Below, piece after piece: positions 26,701 to 38,810 of a stretch of DNA of 64,000 bases. A program made the translations under genes and the position numbers. How positions within the stretch are numbered: position 1 is the first letter of the stretch; every line of letters begins with the position of its first letter. Source of the stretch: Lepidodermella squamata (lineage: Eukaryota > Animalia > Gastrotricha); NCBI GenBank assembly GCA_047495785.1, contig JBLDXI010000003.1:3472001-3536000 (forward strand). Reading direction: 5' to 3'. The notes under the pieces were generated by a model that did not search any database, had not been told where the DNA came from, and was given only the letters and a program-made list of their open reading frames with translations.

Positions 26701-29700
26701 GCCTTGAATTTCCTAACTCGGTGCTTTTTGACCGGCTTTGGAGCTGCCTTTGGCTTGTACTCGGCTGACTGGGAGGCAGATCGAGAGATCGAAGCTGGTT
26801 TCTTAGGAGCTACAGGACGCTTCGGTTTCCAATCCTGTTTCTTCACCGGCTTTTTATTTTTGGGCCTGCTAGATTTTGATGAAGCAGATTCTGACAGCTT
26901 CTTCAATTCAGGTCTCTTCGGCGCCGGCCTACGTTTGACTGGTCTATAAACAACCAAATCTGAGATTTTAAAATTCAAAAATATCTATCGCTTACCTCTC
27001 GTGGAATTTCGGAGGCTTCGGTTCGGACTTCGAGTCGCCTGATCCAGATGAAGCTGACGGCTTCTTGAACTGCTTCTTCGCCGGCTTTTTAGGCTTGGGC
27101 TCTGATTTCGACTTCGAAGAGACTGACTTGCGGAATTTCCTCGGAACCTGTTTCTTCACTGGCCGCTTCTTGGTATCAGGCTTCTTCTGTTTCGGCTTTG
27201 ATTCCACAGAACTTTCCGAGCGGGAAACTGGTCTCGGGGCATGCTTAGGCGGACTATAAAGCACATAGGAAATTTCTTTTAGCGTCAAAAATATTTCACA
27301 AATTTCCTAATACTTACCTCCTCTTTTTTGGCGGAGCTGAAATCGATTTCTTTGGAACAGGCTTTCGTTCACGGCGTTTCATGGCTGGTCGCTTGAACTT
27401 AGGCTCATCCGAGTTCGAAGAGATCGGTTTCTTAACGCGATGCTTCCTCTCCGGTTTCTTCGCCTTAGGCTTCGGCTTACGATCCGCTGATTTCGAATTG
27501 GAACTGTTCGATCGAGAAACTGGCTTAGGTTGCCTAAAATGCCTAGAGTAATGCAGAACAAATTGTATTTAATAGGAAATAAACTGCTGCTTCACACCTC
27601 TTTCGCTGCTTTTCAGGTGCCGTAGTCGGCTTTCGCGGAGCCGGTTTGACCGGTTTCTCTGATTTGGATTCAGATTCCTCGGAACTCTTTGACCGCTTCA
27701 CAATCGGCTTCCTCACGCGATGCTTTTTCGCCGGCTTTTTCGCCTTAGGCTTCGGCTTACGATCCGTTGATTTCGAACTCTCGGATCGAGATACCGGCTT
27801 AGGTTGACGCTTTGGTGAACTTTGAATCAAAAAAAGAAAAAGACATAAATTTCAATGAAAGACATTATAAAAGCTAATTATGATTATTAGAAACCAAATT
27901 ATTCAGTTATTATTTGGAATTTCTATAATCCGAACTTTAGAAAATTGTTCAAATGAATTTTTAAAATTAAAATAAAATCACCCACGTCTTTTCCTGTTTC
28001 TTATGTTCGAAAATTGGTCTCCGCGGCGACTTTCCATGCTGTTTCTTCGCCGGTTTCTCAGTCTTCGAATCGGAGTTTCCAGATTCCTCCGAGCTCTTTG
28101 AAGGCTTAGGTACCGGTTTCCGTTGTACGGGCTTTTTAATCGGCCTTTTAGCCTTTGGCTTCGGCTTGCGATCAGCGGATTTCGAATTCGAACTGGCCGA
28201 TATGGAAATTGGCTTTGGTTTCGGCTTTGGCTTACTGAAAACGCAAAAATCGAGGTTAACAGAAATGCAAGTGATGCAGAAAAATACAAAAATAACCTCT
28301 TCCGCTGCTGCTTATGCTTGGGTTTACGATGTTTCTTGGCTGGTTCAGACTTGGAGGCTGAGTTTTTAGATTCCTCCGAACTCTTAGAAGGCTTCGGCAA
28401 CGGTTTTCGTTGAACGTGCTTCTTCGCTGGCATTTTCGTCTTAGGCTTAGGCTTGCGTTCAGCCGATTTCGATTGCGAACTGACCGATCGAGAAACTGGC
28501 TTCGGTTGTCGCTTCGGTGCACTTGAGACAAATACAAATTTAATTAATGTTCTATAATTGAAAAATATTCCATATTACCTCTTTCGCCGCATCGTAGGTT
28601 CCGAAGCTTGTTTTGGCGGGGCCGGCGGTGCTGGGCGTTGATGGTGCTTCTTGGCCGGTTTCTCCGACTTCGAATCGGATTCAGAGCTTTTTGACCGCTT
28701 CGCAATTGGTTTCTTTACGCGATGCTTCTTCGCCGGCTTTTTCGCTTTTGGCTTGCGTTCAGCCGATTTCGATTTCGAACTGACTGATCGAGAAACTGGC
28801 TTCGGTTTTCGCTTCGGTACACTAGAGACAAGCATTTAATGAGGTTCCACAATTGAAAAAATTAGCTTCAATCGATTTCACCTCTTTCGCCGCATCGTAG
28901 GTTCCGAAGCTTGTTTTGGCGGTGCCGGCGGGATCGGGCCATGTTGGTGCTTCTTGACCGGTTTCTCAGACTTTGAATCGGATTTTGAGCTCTTTGACCG
29001 CTTCGCAATCGGGGTCTTTACGCGATGCTTCTTCGCCGGCTTTTTCACCTTTGGCTTGGGCTTACGATCCGCCGATTTTGAAGTGGAGCTGTCTGATCGA
29101 GAAACTGGCTTCGGTTGAGGCTTTGGCGCCCTTCAAATTTGAAAATAAAATGGATGCATAAAATTCCTGAACTAAAGCAAGAAAAGTGCCAACTAGTCAA
29201 TATAGGTCTTTCGCACCTCTTTTGCTGCTTCGGTTTTCGCTGGACCGGCTTTTGCGGCTTGGCCGGTTTCTCCGACTTGGATTCCGATTCCTCGGAACTC
29301 TTTGGCCGCTTCACAATCGGTTTCCTAACGCGATGCTTTTTCGCCGGTTTGCGTTCAGATTTCGACTCGGAACTTGCTGACTTGGCTTTACGTTTGGGCG
29401 AGCTGTATCAATTAATGATTTAGTCCGTATTGGCAACGGATTTTATGCTATGGTTACCTTTTCTTCGGCTTTTTAGTCTCAACCTCAGGCTTTTTGGCAG
29501 CAGGTTTCTTTTCGCGATTTTTCTTTTCCGGCCCTTTTGACTTGGGTTTCGAGTCCCCAGATTTCGACGACGCCGATTCTTCAGACCTTTTCTCAGCTGA
29601 TTCACGAAAAAGATGCTTTTTGGCTTGTGGTTTACGAAAAAGCTGCTTCTTCGGTTTCGGCTTCGGCCTGTTATCCGCCGACTTCGAGTCAGACTTTGAC

Positions 29701-32700
29701 GCGACTGGGCGTTTAACGGGCCGTTTAGGTTTTGGGCTGTGCTTGCGTTTCTTCGGTCTGTAAACACGGAAATCAGATTTGAATTTCTCAAATTTTCGAA
29801 CACAACTTTATCTACCTTTCTGGGCGCTTCGAAGCTGATTTCTCAGACACGGGTTTCTTCTTCCGATGTTGTTTTGCAGGCTTTTTCTTTTCAACCGATT
29901 TTGACGAAACCGATTTTTCGGACCGCTTCGGCTTCTTAACTCGATGCTTCTTCGGCTTTGGTTTCGGCTTGTCTTCAGACGATTTCGAGGCAGATTTCTT
30001 CGACGGTTTCACGTGGACACGTTTAGCAGGCCGATGTGGTCGCTTTCGTTGTTTCGGCTTGATCGGCCTGTATAACAATTTAGCATTTAGAATTCAATAT
30101 GAAATAAATTATAATTTAAAGACTTTGTGCCAAGTGGACACCCTAAACTTATAGGATACCAGTACTAACTTTGAGGCTTAGAGATTTTCCCATTTTTTCG
30201 CAATATTAAGCGAATTTCGAGCTATTAGGGCCAGTTTACGAGCTATACTTCAGCCTGTAGAGCCGATATCGATTTCAATTATCGATTTTACAAATCAGTG
30301 ATTTTGCAAACTTTACAAACCTAAAATCCGAGGGCGTCGGTGCAGGAGTATCAAGAAGCTAAAATTTGGCGTTGGAACCTCGCGTAAAACTCATTTTCAA
30401 ATTCATTCATTGCGTTTTTCGGGAAAATGATCTTCGAAATATTGCAAAAAAATTCAAAATAAATTGCACCAAAATATCAAATAAATTTGAGGTTTAATCA
30501 CTCGCCATTTCGCAAAATTCTCAATTTCCCAGGAAAATGAAAGATTATTACCTTGATTCTTTCGAGCTATCCGATTTCGATTTTTTCGAAGCAGATTTCT
30601 TCGTGAGGACCTTTTTGACTGGTTTCTTATTTTTACCAGATTTTGACCCGCTCGATTTTTTCGGGACCGGCTTCTTCACACGATGCTTTTTCCCATGCTT
30701 CACAGGACGTTTGTTCTTCGACTTCGATTCAGATTTTGCCGGTTTCGGACTGGGCTTCTTACCCGGGTGTTTCCGAGGCTTGCGTGGGACGAATTCCGAC
30801 TTGGACTGCCTCTTCTTCTCGTAGCCGTGCTCTTCGAAATAACGACGAGCCTTGTGAATATCCGATAGATCCGACATACTGGCCGAAAACGACTTGCGAT
30901 GATCAGTCGGCTTCTTCTTCAAGCCGCGCTTCTTGAAGTCCTTTCGAGCCCGGGTGATGTCAGACTTATCCGACAAACTGGCCGAGTAAGGTCGATTAGG
31001 GTGTTCGGTCTTCTTCCTCAGGCCTTTCGCCTTAAAATCAGCCTTAGCCCGGTTGATATCGGACAAGTCGGATAAACTCGCCGAGTACGGCCGGTTGTCC
31101 TTTTCCGGCTTCTTCTTCAAACCCTTGTCCTTGAAGTCCTTCTTCGCCCGGTTGATGTCCGAAATGTCAGACAGGCTGGCCGAGTAAGGCCGATCCTGTT
31201 TCTCCGGCTTCTTCAACAAACCCTTCCGCCTGAAGTAGTCCTTCGCCTTGATAACATCAGACTGGTCGGATAAACTGTCGGAAAATTTATCAGGGTGCTG
31301 GTTCGAATCCTTATTCTTCTTAATTCCATGCTTTTTGAAGTGCTTCCTAGCTCGCTCGAGGTCGTCAACATTCCTCAAGCCGATGGAAAAGGATCGAGAA
31401 TCAGCCGAACCTTGGAACCTGCCGCGGTAGCCGAACTTCGAAAAGTGCTTCCTGGCTCGTTGGACATCGCTTTCATCGGACAAACTCGTCGAAAAATCGA
31501 TCAAGTGCTTCCGCTTTGATCCGTAACCTCGTTTGCGTTGCGGCTTCTTTTCACGCTTGACTGGTTTCTTGTTTTTCTTCTCAATAATGACGTAATCACT
31601 CGATTTGGTTGCTCGCTTCTTCGAAGGGTGTTTCTTGGCAGGAACTCGCTTTTTCGGCTTCGGCTCAGAGCTAACTGGCACTGGGGGTCTGGGCCGATAT
31701 GGGCTCAGAGCGGAACGGCCTTTCTTCGGCGTTTTAACCGGCTTCGACTTGGCCGAGAATGATTTACGCTTCGTCTGTTTCGGAGCAGCCGTCTTCTTCG
31801 AGTTTTTGAAGGCCGGGTGGTCGAAATTAACAGGTTTTTCCTGTTCAACTTCTTCCGGAGAATCAGGCTTTGAAGCTGGTTCCGCGTTAAGAACAGCCTT
31901 CAATACAATTTTCGGACTTTCGATGCGCTTGGCTGGTTTCTTCGCCTTCGGCTTCGGCTTCTCTCGTCGCGATTTCTCGTGGAATTTTTTAGCCCGTCGA
32001 CGATCAGAAGCGTCGGATAGGCTCTCGGAATACGGCTCCCCAGACCGTTCGGGTCTCTTGCGCAAACCTTGGCGTTTGAAGCTCTCCCGGGCTCGTTCGA
32101 TATCAGACGCGTCTGACAAACTGGCCGAGATACGCTCGTTAGGCCGGCCTCGTCGCTTTTTCAGCCCTGTTCGCTTGAAATGAAGCTTAGCCCGTTCGAC
32201 GTCAGATTTATCCGACAGACTGGCTGAGAATGACCTGCGGTTGTTTCGCTCGGGTTTCTTCCTCAAGTTAATTTTCCGGAAATGTCGCTTCGCCTTGATC
32301 ACGTCAGACCGGTCCGACAGGCTGTCGGAGAATTTCTTCGAATCGGATTCTCGGTTCTTCTTCACGCCGTGCGTTCGGAAATGCTTCCGAGCCCGGGCCA
32401 GGTCGGCTCGGTGGGTCAGACCGGGTGAAAATGAACGAGAATCCCCGGCGAACTGAACACGGCCATTGCGCTTGTGGGGAACGCGGCGGAAGTGACTTTT
32501 CGCCATTTTAATGTCAGATTCGTCGGAGAGGCTGATCGAGAATGGAATGGCTTGGTTGGTTCCTTTGTAAGTAGGCCGCGAGGCGTGTTTTTTCGAGACG
32601 GTCTTCTTCTCGGCAATAGCGGGCCGACCAACCGGCTTGCGAGATTTACGCTCCGATGCGCTGTTTGAACCTGATATAAATTAAAAAATTAGGTTAAACT

Positions 32701-35700
32701 GAAATTCAGCAATAAATTTCCCGAAACTTTCGGCATTTTTGTTTGTTCGATATGAACCTGGGCTTTTTATTTTGGCTCAAAGTTATGTAAAGAAAAATTT
32801 GGGTTCAACGTTAGGATATCGTTAGGATATCGGAAAAATCCCTGATTTGTAAAACCGATACTTGGAATCGATATTTGCAGGACCTCCACCCCAATACCAG
32901 CAGCGACAAAGTCGTCGCCAGCCTAAAGGATTCAACGATGCGTGACGAATTCAACCGGAATGACGCTACAACACTGCGGCTCGTCGAAAATATCAGCACC
33001 AGCTCGGCCCAATTAGGCCTCCTCACACAGCTGATGAGCATTTACATGGGACAAATCGGCTCCTCCAATAACACCCACCCAGCGCTGCTCTCAATTCTGC
33101 CAACTCACTCATCCTTGCACTAAATACCTTCGCTATAATTTACCTTATCTGCGATAGAAATCGCTCCAAATTCGAACAATAATTCCGACGCTTCAAGTCT
33201 CGACAGCCCCGCAACCGCCAGAATACGGAACATCCTCAAGGGCTATCCCGCTCGACAAATAAGCCAACGAAGCGGAACCAAAACTACAGCCGCGCAAAAA
33301 GCGCTTCTATTATTGAAAATCAAATAAATCCCGAATTTTTGTATACATATTTTTCCAGTGATCTTAATAATTGTCAATTCTCTCGCAATATCATTATCGA
33401 TTTCCCGTTATACTCCCTTTCGTTCTCTCGCTTTCCAGGAATATAGCGCTATTTCACCTGGGGAATGTGCTAAGCGGACGCGCGACACGCAAGTCGAGCG
33501 CGATTGGTCGATACCGAAATACAATGATAATAAAATGAGGAGTTTCAGATCATTTCTGCCTGACTGTTATTTACTCTTTATATCGGTATCCGTACCGTGC
33601 CGGATATTACAGTACTCTAAATTGAGAAAATTCGTTAAGCATACACGAAATCAAGCATTTCGAAGGAATCGTAATTAGCGGCTCCATATTCACACCGAAA
33701 CGTTAGGAAATTCGGCAATGGAGTTCCTCGATTTCGGAGGTCGAAGGCATTCCAAACAAATTAAAAAATAACAGCAAATGAACTACAACGTCATTTTCGG
33801 ATCCAAACCGGGTCTGCTCTACGGCTACGGTGATTCGTTGGGTTCTGGATTCGGATCGTAAGGATTCGTCCGGTCTCTGGGAAAACTACCTGGCCATGAC
33901 AAGCCATCGGCAGTTAAGAAAATCGTCAGGCGCTTAATGACCTTATTGGCCTTCCTCGATTCCGATATGGTAGACTCGGTTGCCCGGGCCTTGATTGGTG
34001 AAATTCGTGCTAGCAAAAATGCCGACATCCGCTCAAAAATGGTTCATCCATTCGTCGACTACTTTGAGCGAACTTGGCTAACGGTTTTCAAGCCGGCCGA
34101 GTGGAACGTGTTCGGCCTTGATGTGAGGACAAATAATCTAGTCGAAGAAAAAAAACTCGTTGTTCCGTGTTCTATATTAACTAGATTCACACATTCAGCA
34201 TGGCCTTTCCGTGCCCGCCGTTTATGTTCTGATGACCGGAGAATCTTCGCCGAATTACGACGCTTCATTTACTAAAATTATCGACCTGAGTTGAGCCGAT
34301 TCAAAACTGCAGGAGGCAACATTCGACTTCGAGCCTGGCCTTCTGCCCATCGTCCGCAAAATGCGAGGCCGAAACGGTCGCAAAATAATCAAAATAATCG
34401 GTTGCCATTTTCACTATTCTCAATGCCTGTTAAGGTGCGGCTGACGAACAATGTCCTAATTGCATTATCGCCAACTAAAACGCTCACAGATTTGGACGAT
34501 TATTCGGCGCTTCATGTCACTGGCTTTTCTACCTGTCGATCATGTTGTTGTTGTTGCCAAGTACCTCATTTCGAAGGCACCTCCTAGCCTCCAATTTTTG
34601 CGACTTTTTCGAAGATACCTGGCTTGGCATTTCCCGCCTTCTGAATGGAATTTTCGAGATTAAGATTTCGCACGAACAACGACGTAGAGGTAAGCTTTTT
34701 CATTATTAAAAATTTAAATTAATTAATTAATTTTCGAAGTCATCAAATGAACTCGAATCTCACTTCTCCTCATCCGAATGTCTGAGCTTTCATCTAGAAA
34801 GGCGGATGAGATGGCCGTCACTGACAAGCCGTCCCAACAAGCGGCTGGTCGACAAATCGCCCGAAAAAGGGCGGAGGTGAATCAGAAAAACGAAAAAATT
34901 GTTTACGCTTTACGTCGCACGTCGCTGACCTGGCTAATATAAATCGCTAATTAATATTATGCTAATTTGAATACTTATATAAATTCCATATTTTCCTTAA
35001 TTTTCCTTAAATTTGCAAATTTTTGCATAATTTTAAATTTTAAATTTACGAATATTTACAAAAATAATCTTTTCATGACAAATAAGTTCGCAAAATGAAA
35101 GTTGCGACTTACCTTCAAAGTTATTCTTTCTGGCTTTTCTGTCCGTTTTCCGAGCAGTCGCCCAAGGGTAGACGGCCTCATGCGATGCCGATGAGCCGGC
35201 CGAGATCGGCGCCCTACGTCGCGGCGTTTTGCTGACACCCTGTCGCCGGAAATACAGCTTCGCCCGTTCAATGTCGGACTCGTCGGAGAAGCTGTCGGAA
35301 AATTTCGGCGAATTCACCGGAGTTGGCTTCTTCTTGTAGCCTCGCTTTCTGAAAAATCGCCGCGCTCGCTCGAGGTCAGAAAAGTCGGACAGACTCTCCG
35401 AAAAATTCTCAGAGTCTTTGCGATTTTTGTCGCGTCTCGGCACCAGTCGAGCGTAGCCATAACCTTCCAACGGGCTACATTGCTGAACAAGGGGGTTTTC
35501 ATTCGACGTGGATGGGGGACCGCCTTTAGCCGTCTTATGGCGTTCTTTCTGGCCGGCAACCAGTGCTGAAAATGAAAATTATAATACCGTTAATTAATAT
35601 TATGAAAAACGAAATTTTAATAGAAATTTGAAAATTCATCTCAGGGGATGTAAAAAATGCGGGAATTTTCCTTAATTATTTTAAATATTTACTTACCGAC

Positions 35701-35742
35701 AACACAGAGGAGCACTAACGTGCTTCCAGTCGGTGGTCGCAT
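23702..35742 (-). CDS. Giant family D secreted polycationic protein F (~2565 aa, 20 exons)
   Basis: Hand-spliced exons: 35742-35697, 35565-35113, 32670-30552, 30067-29816, 29757-29458, 29402-29217, 29130-28882, 28821-28579, 28521-28297, 28234-27986, 27819-27598, 27533-27318, 27253-26996, 26943-26383, 26323-26171, 26118-26017, 25959-25834, 25743-25558, 25300-25124, 25076-23702. All GT-AG, 7698 nt in one frame. N-terminus MRPPTGSTLVLLCVVALVAG. About 21 FSxSLSDxSD repeats in exons 2, 3 and 20. Some internal splice sites are uncertain. Confidence 0.75.
33900..34690 (+). mobile_element. Two degenerate Mutator-like (MULE) transposase C-terminal fragments in intron 2 of gene F
   Basis: LAFL...FVDYFERTWLTVFKPAEWNVFGLDVRTNNLVE (33937-34150) and a disrupted second copy RRFMSLAFLPVDHV...PPSEWNF...RTNNDVE (34490-34690). 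YF..TW..WN..RTNN..E is typical of MULE transposases. Stops and frameshifts are present. Confidence 0.7.
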
Positions 35743-36894
35743 AGGTAATCAATTTTTATTAAGTGTCCCTAAAAGAAAACAATTAGCATGAAATTAAGAC
35801 AAAATTCTGCAAAATTCTGAAAAAATGAATAAGGAGTAATAGGAAGTTGATTAATGATAAAGCTTTGTAGAAGAAAAATCACAGCTGTTAAATTAAAAAA
35901 CTTCAGCAGGATCATTAGGTCAAATATCGCACCTTTGAAAATTGAACTAACCTAGTGTGAAAATAAAACGTGGAAATTATTTGACCTGGAAGCATTTAAT
36001 TTGATTGCGTAATATCGCCAGCGGTTTCGCGCCCTAAAAATCACTACCAAACCATTCATAATTTTTTCGAAATGAATGAAAATCTTGAATTTTTTCGCCT
36101 TATTTTTTCCGAAAAAGCGTGTGCCACCAATTTATTTAGTCTACACGCGATTAGATGATTTCCTGCTCCGGAAAAGCACGTGTCTTGATTACACAGCGGT
36201 GTTACAAACAAACGACTGTTTCTACCTGTTTGAATTTATTTACCCAAAATAAACAAAGATTTAACGGCAAAAATTTCTTGCATGAATGACGGCCACAAAA
36301 TAATGAAATAAATAATAAATAAATGAAAAGCCGTATTGATTCCCACAGATTTTAAGGTGAAATCGAAGTCATTCATGCGGAAACGAAGAATACCGGAATT
36401 GCGTCGTGGAACTTCACAGCTGAGTAAAATGATTGAATGCGCGAAAATTTAAAATTTATCTAAATGTAAGCAAGCTCGCAAGGACCATTAAATCAATAAT
36501 TCCGTCAACAATTCAATTATTTTGGTAAAATATTCCTTTTTATACCAATCGGCGGCAAATACAGGTATTTTTATCCTTTAATTTTCCATCAATATAATTG
36601 CTGCATACTCGGGTGTGAAACCGTTTATTTATTCCCAACTTAACGCCAACTGCGGGGTCAAGCTTAAAAATTTAGTGAACGGATAAAAAAACTTGAACTT
36701 TTCGTAATTTTTCGACAGCCTCTAATGTTTACTGTTGAACTGCTGCCAGAAATTCCGGGAAGAATAAATAGAAACGGCCTCAATTTCTTGGATCAGAAAT
36801 GTCACCTCTGGAACAGCTTTTTGCCCGTAAAACCGGGTCGGAAAATTGCTCAGCGCTGCGCCGTCGCGTGTCGCGTACGGCGCGCGCCTAGGCT

Positions 36895-36982
36895 CACGTG
36901 AAAAAAAGCAAAAATAATTGCGCAACACCTTTACGCAGCGGCTTTATAAACACCCAAGATTATTCCATTCATCATCAATCAG
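36895..36982 (+). promoter_or_regulatory. Putative core promoter of A3
   Basis: CACGTG 36895-36900, TTGCGCAACA 36918-36927, TATAAA 36945-36950, ATCATCAATCAG 36971-36982. Confidence 0.6.
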
Positions 36983-37040
36983 TGTTCGTTTTATATATTT
37001 ATTTCTGTATTTAACAGTCTCTATACTCAGTTAACCTACC

Positions 37041-38810
37041 ATGCGTATCCTGCTCCCGATCGCCATTGCGGCGTTCCTGTTCGGTAAATATTGAAAATTT
37101 CATGTTTTCAACATTTTCAATCGTTGAAATTGTTATTTCGTTTCAGTTGCCAGTAATGCCCAGCAAAAACAACAGCAGCAGCAGCAAATCCAGCTGCCTA
37201 ATTTCGACCTCCCGAAGCAGCAAGACAACGCGAAGAACAACCAAGGCGAGAGCAAGAAGGCTGTCGCCAAGAAGCCCCAACCGAAGCACTCTGAATCGCA
37301 CGAGTCACCCGAATCGAAGGAATCGCCCGAATCCAAGGAGTCTCCCGAGTCCAAGGAGTCGCAATCTTCCCAGTCTGCGCCCAAGAAGCGCGGCGGCAAG
37401 AAGGCTGTCGGCAAGAAGCACGGCAAGAAGTTCGCCAGCAGCGACTCGTACGTGCCCCGTCGTCGCCACCACCAGAAGCGCCGGTACTCGAGCGGCTCTG
37501 ACTCGTCTGCCTCGAGGAAGCACGGCAAGAAACATGGCAAGAAGCACGGCAAGAAGCACGGCAAGAAGAACCGTAAGAGCAGCGACAGCAACAGCTACTC
37601 GTACGGCTCCGGCAGCGATGCCCGCGACTTCAAGGCCATCGAGAAGCTGATCAAGCTGCGCAACCAAGGCCCAGTCCAGCCCGAGAACCTGCAGGAGAAG
37701 ACCGAGCTCAAGGCCAAGGAAAGCACCAAGCTCGACGCCAAGGAGAAGGAGTTCAACGCCGAGAACCAGGCTGTCGACATCAACGCCGCGACCAAGAACA
37801 AGAAGAGCAACTTCGAGGAGACCAAGGCATCCGCGAAGGCCAAGTCGTCGCACGAGGGCCTCGACATCGCCGTCAGCGCCACTGTTGAGGACAAGAAGTC
37901 GAAGAAGGACGCGAAGAAGTCGTGGAAGAAGAAGGCCAGCCACCAGCGCAAGAACTACAACAAGCACTCGCGGTCTGACAAGGCGTCTGCCCAAGCCAAG
38001 TCCAGGAACGAAAAGGCCAAGATCCGCGGCCGTGGCAAGTTCAACAAGCACGGCAAGTTCAACCAGGAGTATGACAACGACGCCGGCACTGACAACAAGC
38101 GCGATACTGACGCCATCACGTTCACCCGCAACACCGACAAGGGCCAGGACAAGACTTGGACCAAGAGCAAGGGCAAGACCAACACCGAGTTCGGCGAAGG
38201 CGGTGCTCTGAGCGGTTCGATCGAGACGAAGGCGTCCAAGAAGAGCGCCAAGGCGAACAAGAAGGGCAAGAGCAAGGGCACCAAGAAGCGCTACTCGTCT
38301 GCCTCGGAGTACGCCAGCTACTCGTCGAACCAGCACGACAAGAAGCGGAAGCAGAAGGCCCGCCTCAGCGCCGACGTCAAGTACAGCAAGGGTAAGGATT
38401 ACGCCAGCGCCAGCTACGAGAACAAGAAGAAGGCGAAGGAGAGCGGCTCGACCAAGAAGTCGAAGAAGGCCAACAAGGCGAAGATCGCGGCGAAGGAAAA
38501 GTCCGTCTCTTACCACTCGGATTCGCAGGTTTCGTACAGCAACAAGAAGTTCGCCGCCCCGGCCTCGAGCGCTTCGCCGGAGCCCAAGAAGCAACCCAAG
38601 AAGAAGCAGCCCAAGAAGCAGCCCAAGAAGGCCGTCACCAAGTCCGAGTCCGAGTCCAAGTCCTGGTCCGACAACAAGTCATCTGCGTCGCCTGAACCGG
38701 TCAAGAAGGGCAAGGGCAAGGGCAAAGGCAAAGGCAAAGGCAAAGGCAAAGGCAAAGGCAAGGGCAAGGGCAAGGGCAAAGGCAAAGCCTTCTACGGCAG
38801 CTACTATTGA
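37041..38810 (+). CDS. Family A secreted basic protein A3 (~568 aa, 2 exons)
   Basis: Exons 37041-37083 and 37147-38810. Signal peptide MRILLPIAIAAFLFVASNA. Near-identical to A2. Long (KG)n tail ending AFYGSYY. AATAAA at 38923-38928. Confidence 0.9.
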
